From Clostridia bacterium (GTDB lineage: Bacteria > Bacillota > Clostridia > Christensenellales > DTU072): a stretch of 64,000 nucleotides of DNA. The notes under the pieces were generated by a model that was not told the origin of the DNA, made no database searches, and saw only the letters and a program-made list of their open reading frames with translations. Numbering within the stretch: the stretch's first letter is position 1; the number at the start of each line of letters is the position of its first letter. This document shows, in pieces, positions 54,899 through 63,477 of this stretch. The DNA lies in the NCBI GenBank assembly GCA_017461065.1, contig JAFTZC010000013.1:3808-67807 (forward strand). The letters are read 5' to 3'. Position numbers and translations under genes: made by a program.

Positions 54899-55480
54899 AT
54901 GAAGAAACTAACCAAACTACAACTTGGATTGCTACTCGGTGCAGTTGGTATCATCTGCCTTGGCTTGGTATTTTTGGTATCGGCTATGCAAATTATTCCA
55001 CTATTTAGCGCAATCACCAACGCTCTCGGCAGATACCTTATCGTTATCGGCACTATGAGCTGTGGCATAATGCTGTTTTCCAACGTTGCACTCACCATCG
55101 AAGACCACAAACTCCGTAACGGCCTAACCCTTGGTATTACCATTTTCGCTTTCGTACTTACTCTCCCACTCGTATACGTATTTATCGCAATCTTCCCTGC
55201 AAACGTAGGCATTATGGGCTTTGTAGGCAGAGAGATTATGATGCTCGATACCATAGTCGCAGGCTTCCACGGTTGGTTTGGTAGCGGTGCTTTCGTATAC
55301 GTAGTATACGCCTTTATGCTCGTAGTTTCCATAGTATTCCTACTTGAGCCCCTTGGCGTAGGTATCCTTGCACTCAAGGGCAAAACCTTGGTACTATTCA
55401 AAAAGGGCGGTCCTATCTTCTCCATAGAGGAGCTTCCCGTCCTAAAGAAAATCAGAGAAAAGGAACAAGCAAATGGCTAA
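54899..55480 (+). CDS. polytopic membrane protein, unknown function
   Basis: It has about 5 hydrophobic helices and an AGGAG RBS. I recognise no family motif. Confidence 0.5.
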   Translation: MKKLTKLQLGLLLGAVGIICLGLVFLVSAMQIIPLFSAITNALGRYLIVIGTMSCGIMLFSNVALTIEDHKLRNGLTLGITIFAFVLTLPLVYVFIAIFPANVGIMGFVGREIMMLDTIVAGFHGWFGSGAFVYVVYAFMLVVSIVFLLEPLGVGILALKGKTLVLFKKGGPIFSIEELPVLKKIREKEQANG

Positions 55481-56201
55481 AATTTTTGAGCGCACCCGTA
55501 TGCTTCTTGGCAATGACGCTATGGAAAAGCTATCTCACGCAAGGGTAGCTATTTTTGGCGTGGGCGGTGTAGGTGGATATATTGCCGAAGCGTTGGCGCG
55601 CAGTGGCGTAGGTCACCTTGACCTATACGACAACGACGTCGTAAGCGAAAGTAATATCAACCGCCAAATCATAGCTCTGCACTCTACCATTGGAAGATAC
55701 AAAACCGACGTTATGAAGGAGCGCATATTGGATATCAATCCTAAATGCGAAGTGGGTGCCCACAACCTTTTCTACGACTTGGAAACGGCACCGAGTATCG
55801 ACCTATCCAAATACGACTACGTAGCCGACGCTATCGACTCGGTAAAGAGCAAAATCGAGCTGATAGTACGCACCAAGGGTGCAAAAACCCCCATAATTTC
55901 GGCAATGGGCGCAGGCAACAAGCTCGACCCCACGGCGTTTGAGATAGCAGATCTATCCAAAACCACCGTCTGTCCCCTTGCAAGGATAATGCGCCGCGAG
56001 CTAAAAAACCGTGGTATCACCCACCTAAAGGTGTGCTACTCCAAGGAAACTCCCGTCGTCCCCCTTTTCCCCGAGCAAGAAGTGGGCACCAAGCTCGTCC
56101 CCGGCTCCACGGCCTTTAGCCCAAGCGTAATGGGACTAATTATAGCAAGTGAAATTGTGAAAGATATTGCAATATCTTCAAATGCGAAATGCGAAATGTA
56201 A
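55473..56201 (+). CDS. tcdA: tRNA threonylcarbamoyladenosine dehydratase (TcdA/CsdL, ThiF-fold)
   Basis: Motifs present are VAIFGVGGVGGYIAEALARSGVG.LDLYDNDVVSESNINRQ and CPLARIMR. The last ~7 codons (NAKCEM) are encoded by the ATGCGAA heptamer repeat. Confidence 0.85.
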   Translation: MAKIFERTRMLLGNDAMEKLSHARVAIFGVGGVGGYIAEALARSGVGHLDLYDNDVVSESNINRQIIALHSTIGRYKTDVMKERILDINPKCEVGAHNLFYDLETAPSIDLSKYDYVADAIDSVKSKIELIVRTKGAKTPIISAMGAGNKLDPTAFEIADLSKTTVCPLARIMRRELKNRGITHLKVCYSKETPVVPLFPEQEVGTKLVPGSTAFSPSVMGLIIASEIVKDIAISSNAKCEM

Positions 56202-56231
56202 AGTGCGAAATGATATATGGATTATTAAATT

Positions 56232-56260
56232 AAAAAGGAAGTCAAACGACTTCCTTTTTT
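56232..56260. terminator. bidirectional terminator; left boundary hairpin of the AT-rich cassette
   Basis: AAAAAGGAAGTC-AAAC-GACTTCCTTTTTT lies between convergent tcdA and the DUF262-HNH gene. Confidence 0.7.
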
Positions 56261-56280
56261 GATTACTTTTTTACATTTTA

Positions 56281-57363
56281 TTATTTATTAGATTTTCTTC
56301 TATTGCAATCGACACAAAGCATTTGGCAATTTGATGCTATCGTTTGTCCCCCTTTACTCCACGGAGTAATATGGTCGCCAGCCATCTCTTTAATATCAAA
56401 ATATTTACCACATTTAGGACAGATACCTTTTTGTCTTTCATAAGCTTCTCTTTTTTGCTTTTCTGTAAATGCACGTATACTCAAATATTTTTCTTCTCTT
56501 GTTAACACAAAGCTATAAATGCCCTTTTTGTTAGTAACATCATCATCTATCATAAGCTCTTGAATTTCTTTTTCTAAAGCATTTGTATCGAACGTTGCGT
56601 TTCGATAATTGTTATATAACGCTCCCCAATTTATCCCTTTCATTTCTCGACGATAGACGGGGAATGTTAGTTTTACCCACTTGATTATACTACCAAAGTA
56701 CATCCAAAGCTCATTAGCGTTGGGCTTATGTTGATTACGTGACATATAATCTTCTACTTTACCATCGTTTATCCATTCAATTGCAGTCTCTAAATACTCT
56801 TGGCGTATAGGCGAGCCGTTTACATAATCTTTTGCAAGCAAATAGGCGACGCAGCCACTTTTGCTAAAAAAAGTTTTTGCTGAAGTAAGCCACCTACCAG
56901 TATATACCGCATTTCTCAATTCCTGGTCAGTCAACTTTTCCCCAGCAATATTAATTATCTTAAACCAATCCAGCTTTTCTTTATCGTTGCCTTCACAAAA
57001 ATATACCATGATTTTGTAATTTAGAATAATGCTTTGTTCCGTTTTGGTTAGGTTATGAAATGCACGATTATCAACCGAAAAATCACCATTTACATATTGG
57101 CAAAAACTAATCGTTCTTTGTTGTCCATCTAAAACCTCAAAAGTCCCATCTTCATTTTTGACCCAATACATAACGTTAAGTGGAAATTGTTTGAAAATTG
57201 TTTCTATTACAGCATTTCTTTTTTTGTCGTCGTAAACGAATTCACGTTGATATTGTGGGCGAATGTTTAGCTTGCCACCATAACCAACAATTCCATTCTC
57301 TTGACTATCAACGTAACCATTACAAATGTCTTTAATTGCTATCTCGTGTAATTCAATTTTCAT
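56281..57363 (-). CDS. DUF262 (ParB/GmrS-like) plus HNH endonuclease fusion protein
   Basis: DUF262 motifs are IRPQYQREFVY and LDGQQRTISF. The C-terminal HNH is CPKCGKYF...GDHITPWSKGGQT...NCQMLCVDCNRRKSN. Confidence 0.85.
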   Translation of the reverse strand: MKIELHEIAIKDICNGYVDSQENGIVGYGGKLNIRPQYQREFVYDDKKRNAVIETIFKQFPLNVMYWVKNEDGTFEVLDGQQRTISFCQYVNGDFSVDNRAFHNLTKTEQSIILNYKIMVYFCEGNDKEKLDWFKIINIAGEKLTDQELRNAVYTGRWLTSAKTFFSKSGCVAYLLAKDYVNGSPIRQEYLETAIEWINDGKVEDYMSRNQHKPNANELWMYFGSIIKWVKLTFPVYRREMKGINWGALYNNYRNATFDTNALEKEIQELMIDDDVTNKKGIYSFVLTREEKYLSIRAFTEKQKREAYERQKGICPKCGKYFDIKEMAGDHITPWSKGGQTIASNCQMLCVDCNRRKSNK

Positions 57364-57364
57364 T

Positions 57365-58459
57365 TTATCTTCTCCTAATAATTACTCTCGCATATGGAAC
57401 AACAAGTTCATTTTGTTCATTAAAATAAAAAGGTATTCCACGCCTAAACGCTGGATTTTGTGCTTTAAATTTCTTTAACTCCTCTTCTGTATAATTTTCT
57501 CCAATACCAATTTCCCTGCCCAAATCACCGGCTCCTAAACCAATGATTTCAAATTGGTCAGGATTATACTTATCAAAAAAAGTAATTGGTACACCCATAC
57601 AACCATAGTAATCCATTGGTATTTCTGTTACTTTGTTAACGTTTATAGCGTCAAACTTATAATATGTTGGGTAAACTTGTGGCGAATAGTTCTTATACAA
57701 TATAAGAATTTCAGAACGTTTTTTTGTTGGTAGATTAGTGAACCAAGTAATAGACGGAACTTTGCCAAATTTTTTCCCGTTTCTCAACGTACCATTGTAA
57801 TTTGTCGGCACTTCAAACTCTATTGTCTTATTAAAAATATATCCACCCCATATTTTTTGCTCTTGAACAAGTTTAAAAATCTCTTTATAAGTTAATGCAT
57901 TGATATTTCCTATAATTAGAAATTGTTTATTATATTCTATTAATTGCATTACATATTCTCGAAATAGCGAAAATGGTGGATTCGTAACAACAATATCACT
58001 TTCTTTTAAAAAATTAATACATTCGTCTGAACGAAAATCGCCATTCCCATTAAGATGAACAAGTGAATTTTTCTTGTTTTGTAATAAAAATTTAACATCT
58101 GATAAATCTACCGCACCATCATCGTTATAATCTGCCACTTCATTGATTTCAATTTTATAAGCGTGCCGATATTGATTAGGATATGTTATATTCTCATTAA
58201 CACCTAAAAAAGATAGTTGTGTATATGCAATTGGTGAGTTGTCATAACAAGTACATATAAGTTTTTTTAGCCCCAAATGATTAAAATTCATTGCAAAATA
58301 TTTAAAAAAATTGCTTTCAAAGGGGTCATCACAGTTGCAAAAAACAACTTTATCTTTAAAATATGGCTTATAATGATGTAATTCATTTTCAATGTCAACC
58401 AATTGAGTATAAAACTCATCTGACTTGTTTTTTCGTGCATTTCCTCTATCTGTCGCCAT
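57365..58459 (-). CDS. N6-adenine-type DNA methyltransferase (NPPF motif)
   Basis: It has the catalytic motif IV (VVTNPPFS), an N-terminal DEFYTQ and VVFCNCDDPFES. It ends 1 nt before the start of the DUF262-HNH gene. Confidence 0.75.
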   Translation of the reverse strand: MATDRGNARKNKSDEFYTQLVDIENELHHYKPYFKDKVVFCNCDDPFESNFFKYFAMNFNHLGLKKLICTCYDNSPIAYTQLSFLGVNENITYPNQYRHAYKIEINEVADYNDDGAVDLSDVKFLLQNKKNSLVHLNGNGDFRSDECINFLKESDIVVTNPPFSLFREYVMQLIEYNKQFLIIGNINALTYKEIFKLVQEQKIWGGYIFNKTIEFEVPTNYNGTLRNGKKFGKVPSITWFTNLPTKKRSEILILYKNYSPQVYPTYYKFDAINVNKVTEIPMDYYGCMGVPITFFDKYNPDQFEIIGLGAGDLGREIGIGENYTEEELKKFKAQNPAFRRGIPFYFNEQNELVVPYARVIIRRR

Positions 58460-58481
58460 TTTTCACCTCATACTCCATTAT

Positions 58482-58500
58482 AGTCAGTTATTGACTGACT
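58482..58500. promoter_or_regulatory. candidate operator (C-box-like palindrome) in the divergent promoter region
   Basis: AGTCAGT-TATTG-ACTGACT is a perfect 7-bp inverted repeat between the methyltransferase start (58459) and the HTH gene (58539). Confidence 0.45.
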
Positions 58501-58538
58501 GTCAAGTATAAACTTACTCGATTGGCTATAATAGCAAT

Positions 58539-58751
58539 ATGAAGTTCACAGAAAGATTTAATGAAATATTAAGGGTTTGCGGGAAAACTCAAACTGAAAT
58601 AGCTAACGCAATACACGTTCGCAAACAATGTGTATCTGATTACAAATCAGGAAAGACCGTACCATCTATAGATACCCTATATTTACTTTGTGCTTACTTG
58701 GATGTTTCTTCTGACTTTCTTTTAGGCTTGGATGATTTAGACAATAAATAA
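58539..58751 (+). CDS. XRE-family HTH protein (candidate R-M controller protein)
   Basis: The 70-aa protein contains KTQTEIANAIHVRKQCVSDYKSGKTVPSIDTLYLLCAYLDVSSDFLLG. TATAAT (58527-32) ends 6 nt before the ATG and there is no SD. Confidence 0.75.
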   Translation: MKFTERFNEILRVCGKTQTEIANAIHVRKQCVSDYKSGKTVPSIDTLYLLCAYLDVSSDFLLGLDDLDNK

Positions 58752-58769
58752 TTTGCAGTAAATAAATGC

Positions 58770-58802
58770 AAAAATGGAAGTCATTGGATTTCCATTTTTT
58801 TG
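58770..58802 (+). terminator. terminator; right boundary hairpin of the AT-rich cassette
   Basis: AAAAATGGAA-GTCATTGGA-TTCCATTTTTTT resembles the left boundary hairpin at its ends. Confidence 0.65.
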
Positions 58803-58858
58803 ATTCTCATACTTTTTGTTAGATGGCTCAGTATATGTTAGTATGCAACATATACTCC

Positions 58859-58953
58859 ACCACAACTTTTAGCTTTAGATAAAAACTTCACTTGAGCTTT
58901 GCTCAAACTTCACTACAAAGTAACTTCACTTTTTCGTTAGAAAAACTTCACTC
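58859..58953. repeat. word-hairpin array 3: AACTTCACT x4 (inverted paralog of array 2)
   Basis: Words start at 58884, 58906, 58922 and 58945. The hairpins are TGAGC-TTT-GCTCA, AC-AAA-GT and TTTTC-GTTA-GAAAA. The array begins CCACAACTTTTAGC, the reverse complement of the end of array 2 (GCTAAAAGTTGTGG). Confidence 0.8.
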
Positions 58954-58963
58954 CCGTATGCCG

Positions 58964-59010
58964 ATTTCGCATTTCGCACTTCGCATTTCGCACTTCGCAT
59001 TTCGCATTTC
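58964..59010. repeat. heptamer microsatellite (ATTTCGC/ACTTCGC, complement of GCGAAAT/GCGAAGT), ~6 units
   Basis: The sequence is GATTTCGCATTTCGCACTTCGCATTTCGCACTTCGCATTTCGCATTTCC. Shorter (ATGCGAA)2-3 tracts occur at 18509-26, 45189-201, 48853-65, 56181-212 and 62269-85. Confidence 0.85.
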
Positions 59011-59335
59011 CATAGGAAACGTTGGCATATAACAATTTCTTTGTGGGACAAAGAAATAGAGAGCCCGCTTGCTGGCTCTCTTGTAATTTGTGGAGGAGGG
59101 ATTGAGAAATTCAATTAAATTTAAATTATCTTATAAGCACCCGGCAAGCGTTATATTGAAGTCGGGTTTTCTTATCTTGGCTATATTTTAGCAAGTGAAT
59201 TTGAAAATATCAGATAGCAAATGCTGAAAGTTATGTGAATAATTTTTGAGCCGGCAATGAATTACAAGCTATCTATTGCTAAAAAGCATTAAATTTGCTA
59301 AAATATCAATATAAATTCGCGTGGAGCTTTCTAAA

Positions 59336-59977
59336 ATGATAAAATGCGTACTTTTTGATATGGACGGCACGTTGTCAAACACCCTTGACGACCTAAAGGT
59401 TGCCCTTAACTACACCCTATCTAAGCTCAATTTACCCCTTAGAAGCAGCTCGGAAGTGCTAAGTTTCGTAGGCAACGGTATCGATGCACTCGTTATGCGT
59501 GGGCTACCCGATAACGCAAAGGATAGGTTTCAAGAAGCGCTACCCATTTTCAAAGATTACTACAAAGACCACCTAACCGACTACACCCGTCCCTACGACG
59601 GCGTCAACGAAACCATTGACGCCCTAATCGCAAAGGGTATCAAGATGGGCATCGTATCCAACAAGCTACAAGCTCCACTTGAAGAAATCGTACGCTCCTT
59701 TTGGGGTAATAAGATTAACGCCGTTTGTGGCATAACCGACTACTACGACCCCAAGCCAAGCCCCGATATGGTACGCGTTTGCTTGGATAGATTAGGTTGC
59801 GCGTTAGATGAAGCCATCTACGTTGGCGACAGCCTTGTCGACGTCCAAACTGCAGCGAACGCTAAGGCAAGGTTTATCGCTTGCTCGTGGGGTTTTTGCA
59901 CTCGCGAAAAACTTATCGCCGCAGGCGCAACCGAAGTCATCGACCACCCGTTAGAGGTGCTTGAATATATAAAATAG
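59336..59977 (+). CDS. HAD-superfamily hydrolase (phosphoglycolate phosphatase-like)
   Basis: It has motif I (VLFDMDGTLSNT), SNK and a GDSLVD motif. I chose ATG 59336 over the GTG at 59321. Confidence 0.8.
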   Translation: MIKCVLFDMDGTLSNTLDDLKVALNYTLSKLNLPLRSSSEVLSFVGNGIDALVMRGLPDNAKDRFQEALPIFKDYYKDHLTDYTRPYDGVNETIDALIAKGIKMGIVSNKLQAPLEEIVRSFWGNKINAVCGITDYYDPKPSPDMVRVCLDRLGCALDEAIYVGDSLVDVQTAANAKARFIACSWGFCTREKLIAAGATEVIDHPLEVLEYIK

Positions 59978-59990
59978 GATAACCTAAACT

Positions 59991-62270
59991 ATGCAAAAGC
60001 TACTTCCCGACCAACTTCTTGCAAAGGGCAAGATAACGCTAAAGGACGTTGAACTAAACGCCTATGAAGCATCGCTTGAGAGCGAGCTTTCGCGTTATGG
60101 AAAGGAAGCTCTTTTGGACGTATATCGCGATATGGTTTACCTTCGCGAGTTCGAAAAGGTGCTTGAGATATCTCGTAAGGAAGGGCTACTCGGCTACAAG
60201 TTCAGCTATGCAAGTCACCTTGCCATTGGACAAGAAGCCGTTGCCGTAGGCGAAGCCCTTGCACTACGAAAGGAAGATATTATATTTGGCACTCATCGCT
60301 CACACGGAGAGTTCCTTGCAAAAAGTCTTCGCGCCATCAGGCTAATGAGTGATAGTGAACTTCAAGACGTACTTGAAAACTATCCCACCCCCACTTACGA
60401 TAGTATTAAAAATTCCCTTTCGGGTAGCGCAAAGGAAAGAGCGTTAGATTTCATTTTATACGGCGCCTACGCCGAGATTTTTGCTCGCACAAGTGGACTT
60501 CAACGTGGACTCGGTGGCAGTATGCACTTGCATTTTACTCCATTTGGCGTATATCCATCAAACGCAATCGTCGGTGGCTCTGCCCCACTTGCCGTTGGTG
60601 GCGCTCTATATAATCGCATAAACGGAAAGGATGGTATCGTCGTAGCAAACGTAGGCGACGGCGCACTAAATTGTGGTGCCGTATACGAAGCAATCGCCCT
60701 TGCTACTATGAACCAATATAGCACCCTTTGGGCAGAAAAGAAGGGTTTACCCCTATTATTCGTGGTGTCCGACAATCTCTATGCACGTGGTGGCAACACC
60801 AAGACGGAAACGGGCTCCTACGACAATCCGGCAAGGCTGGGTGCAGGCTTTACGTCCAACCAAATGAACGCCGAGTCGGTAAACGGACTCGACCCACTTG
60901 CAGTTGCCGATGCAGTATCTCGCGCAAGGCAAGGTTTAGAGCGTGGCAAAGGTGCAACGCTACTCAACGCCGTAACCTATCGTCACTCCGAGCATAGTAT
61001 TGGTGACAACCCAAGTAGAGATAGCGCCGAAGTAGATGCTTGGCTATCCCTTGACCCATTACTCACCTATCCCCAAAAGTTAATAGACGCTGGTTTGCTT
61101 ACCTTAGAAGATAAGCTCGCCATAGAACACGAAGCTCACCAAAGGGTTATGCGTGCCTATTCTCTTGCTACGCGTGACGATATCAGTCCCAAGCAAGATT
61201 TTAGTGGTAACGCCGCGGATATTGAAAGCTATGCTTTCAACGGCGGCCACACCGACAACGCCCCCTCAAGCTATGATTTTAGTGACAATTCCGAATATAC
61301 CAAGCTACTCCAAAAGGGTGGCGATTTGACCTTGCGCGACGCTCTAACGCTTGGCGTAATAGAAGGCTTCAAGGGTGATGACACTCTCGTTGCATACGGC
61401 GAAGACGTAAGGGGCTGGAACTCACCTAACTCCGTATTCTACGGCTTGGACCAAACGCTCCCCTACGAAAGGCTATTCAACACTCCCATTTCGGAATCGG
61501 CAATCGTGGGTGCCGAAGTCGGCTACGCTATGCGTGGTGGCACGGTACTTGCAGAGCTACTCTACGCCGATTTCCTAACGCGCTCGGCTGATGAAATCAT
61601 AAACCAAAGCGCCAAGTGGCAATCCCTTAGCGGTGGCACGCTAAAGCTCCCCTTAACGCTAAGGCTCCCCGTAGGAAGAAGCTACGGCGGACAACACTCG
61701 CAAGACCTATCCGGCCTAATTGCAAGAGTGCCCGGGCTAAAGGTTTACTACCCCGTAACCCCCTACGATGCCTTGGCAACTATGCGCGAGTGCTTGCGCT
61801 CAACCGACCCATCTATCATATTCGAGCCCAAGGAATACTACGGCGTAAAGGAAGACTTTACCACTATCCCTATGACCCCTTATCCACTTGAACCCACTTC
61901 CAAAAAGGCAAGTGGCAACTACGCTACCATAGTAGCGATAGGCTCCGTACTATATAGCGCAATCAGCGCCGTCAAGGCAAGCGGCAAGGCCTTGGACGTA
62001 TTCTCGCTCGTATCCCTATCCCCCGTTGACTACGCCCCTATCGTAGACTCGGTTAAGGCAACGGGCAAGCTAATAGTATGTGGCGAGTCCACTTTGAGCG
62101 GTGGACTGATGACGGATATCGTCGCAACCATACAAAAAGAGTGCTTTGGATATCTCAAAGCACCCATTGAAATAGTTTCTCTACCAAACTCCATTATCCC
62201 CCCAAGTGGCAAAGATAGTGGAATTTACGAGCTTGAAGCAAAGATTTTGAAAGCAATTAATAAGTTTTAA
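59991..62270 (+). CDS. fused alpha/beta E1 component of a thiamine-diphosphate-dependent 2-oxo-acid (acetoin/pyruvate/BCKA-type) dehydrogenase
   Basis: The N-terminal half has the E1-alpha TPP motif (GDGALNCGAVYEAIALA...NLYA). The C-terminal half resembles an E1-beta transketolase-pyrimidine domain (FNTPISESAIVGAEVGYAMRG). Confidence 0.8.
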   Translation: MQKLLPDQLLAKGKITLKDVELNAYEASLESELSRYGKEALLDVYRDMVYLREFEKVLEISRKEGLLGYKFSYASHLAIGQEAVAVGEALALRKEDIIFGTHRSHGEFLAKSLRAIRLMSDSELQDVLENYPTPTYDSIKNSLSGSAKERALDFILYGAYAEIFARTSGLQRGLGGSMHLHFTPFGVYPSNAIVGGSAPLAVGGALYNRINGKDGIVVANVGDGALNCGAVYEAIALATMNQYSTLWAEKKGLPLLFVVSDNLYARGGNTKTETGSYDNPARLGAGFTSNQMNAESVNGLDPLAVADAVSRARQGLERGKGATLLNAVTYRHSEHSIGDNPSRDSAEVDAWLSLDPLLTYPQKLIDAGLLTLEDKLAIEHEAHQRVMRAYSLATRDDISPKQDFSGNAADIESYAFNGGHTDNAPSSYDFSDNSEYTKLLQKGGDLTLRDALTLGVIEGFKGDDTLVAYGEDVRGWNSPNSVFYGLDQTLPYERLFNTPISESAIVGAEVGYAMRGGTVLAELLYADFLTRSADEIINQSAKWQSLSGGTLKLPLTLRLPVGRSYGGQHSQDLSGLIARVPGLKVYYPVTPYDALATMRECLRSTDPSIIFEPKEYYGVKEDFTTIPMTPYPLEPTSKKASGNYATIVAIGSVLYSAISAVKASGKALDVFSLVSLSPVDYAPIVDSVKATGKLIVCGESTLSGGLMTDIVATIQKECFGYLKAPIEIVSLPNSIIPPSGKDSGIYELEAKILKAINKF

Positions 62271-62374
62271 TGCGAAATGCGAAATTTGCTTCGTTACACT
62301 TTGTTCCACTCACAAGGATTCCTTATTTGCGTAGCAAAGTCACTCCTCATTCCTCACTCCTAATTCTTCATTCC

Positions 62375-62503
62375 CTAAAAACGCGATTATTTAGATGAAA
62401 GACGAAGGAAAAGAAAAAACCCGAGGGGTTGCTGTACTTATCGTACTGCGCCCCGACGGGTTTCTTGTTTTTCAAAGTATTTCGCTAAAGAATCGTGTTT
62501 TTA
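62375..62503. repeat. inverted-repeat-bounded terminator element, copy F
   Basis: It has the same arms as copy B and the core GTTGCTGTACTTATCGTACTGCGC at 62429-52. The right arm ends in the stop codon of the 62501-63448 gene. Confidence 0.75.
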
Positions 62504-63448
62504 TTTGCCATATTCTACCATATACTGATAGTTATTAATATCACACCAGTACTCTTCAAAGTAGTAAGTGGTACGGAAGTCAAGGATTGATTCCATAAAG
62601 CCACCCATACCTTCCCAAGTATCAAGAGCGTGGAAGTAACGTGGATAACCGTTGTCCCAAATTTCAATCTTTTGTACCATTGCGGTGTACTCAGCATCTC
62701 CCATATTAGCCTTTAGGTTGTGGATGGTGATAGCTGCTGATGCCTTAACGGGGTCAAGGGTTAGCTCCAAGGTGTAGTAGCCTTCTTCTTCGTTGTAGCT
62801 AACTTTTGCTTCGGTAACGGTGTCAAGGGTGATATCTTGCTCGGTTAGACGGTAGCCGTAGTCGTGCTTTGGCTTTTGGGTGGTAGCTGCAGTTGACCAA
62901 TCAACGTCGTATATGAAGTTGCCGTTTTCGTCCTTGGTGTAGCTGGGAGCGCCCTTGTCGGAAGTGGTATACATCTTGAATGAATTGATGTAATCCATAC
63001 TTGCATCGGTATAGCGTACTTCAGCGAAGCGAGTGCTATCGGGAGCAACTGCACCCATAATTGAGCCAAGGAAGCCGGTGTCGCCTTCGATGAAGGAGTA
63101 TTCGGTATAGTATTCCTTGTCGCCGTTACGAACGTCGTATCTTTGACCGGTTACGGGAACGCCGAGCATAGTGTTGGAGAAGGTTACCATATAAGCTGAG
63201 TTTTCAGCGGTGCAATACTTTTCGGATGCAATTTCGTAAAGATTTACTGCAAATGCGATAACTGCTTCTTGGTCGTCAGCGTCGGGCATTACGAGGTCAA
63301 GCTTTTCGCCTTCGGGTTTTTCGCTGGGCGCGAATGCCGTCATAACGATTTCGGTCTTTGCAAACATAGGTGCAACTATGCCTACAACCAAAACTGCGAT
63401 TACTACTATTGCACTAAGTGCTGCTATAAGTTTTTGAAGTCTTTTCAT
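62501..63448 (-). CDS. N-terminally membrane-anchored extracytoplasmic protein, unknown function
   Basis: It has one N-terminal TM helix (LIAALSAIVVIAVLVVGIVAPMF). The ATG at 63448 has GGAGAG upstream. I recognise no motif. Confidence 0.5.
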   Translation of the reverse strand: MKRLQKLIAALSAIVVIAVLVVGIVAPMFAKTEIVMTAFAPSEKPEGEKLDLVMPDADDQEAVIAFAVNLYEIASEKYCTAENSAYMVTFSNTMLGVPVTGQRYDVRNGDKEYYTEYSFIEGDTGFLGSIMGAVAPDSTRFAEVRYTDASMDYINSFKMYTTSDKGAPSYTKDENGNFIYDVDWSTAATTQKPKHDYGYRLTEQDITLDTVTEAKVSYNEEEGYYTLELTLDPVKASAAITIHNLKANMGDAEYTAMVQKIEIWDNGYPRYFHALDTWEGMGGFMESILDFRTTYYFEEYWCDINNYQYMVEYGK

Positions 63449-63477
63449 CAATATCTCTCCGTGATTTTATTTTAGTA

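Noticed and set aside
56232-58806. Whether to call the AT-rich methyltransferase/DUF262-HNH cassette a mobile element.
   Set aside because: There is no integrase, transposase, recombinase or clear target-site duplication. The similar boundary hairpins may just be a common host terminator type, since a near-identical copy lies at 707-738. I report it as a probable horizontally acquired cassette only.
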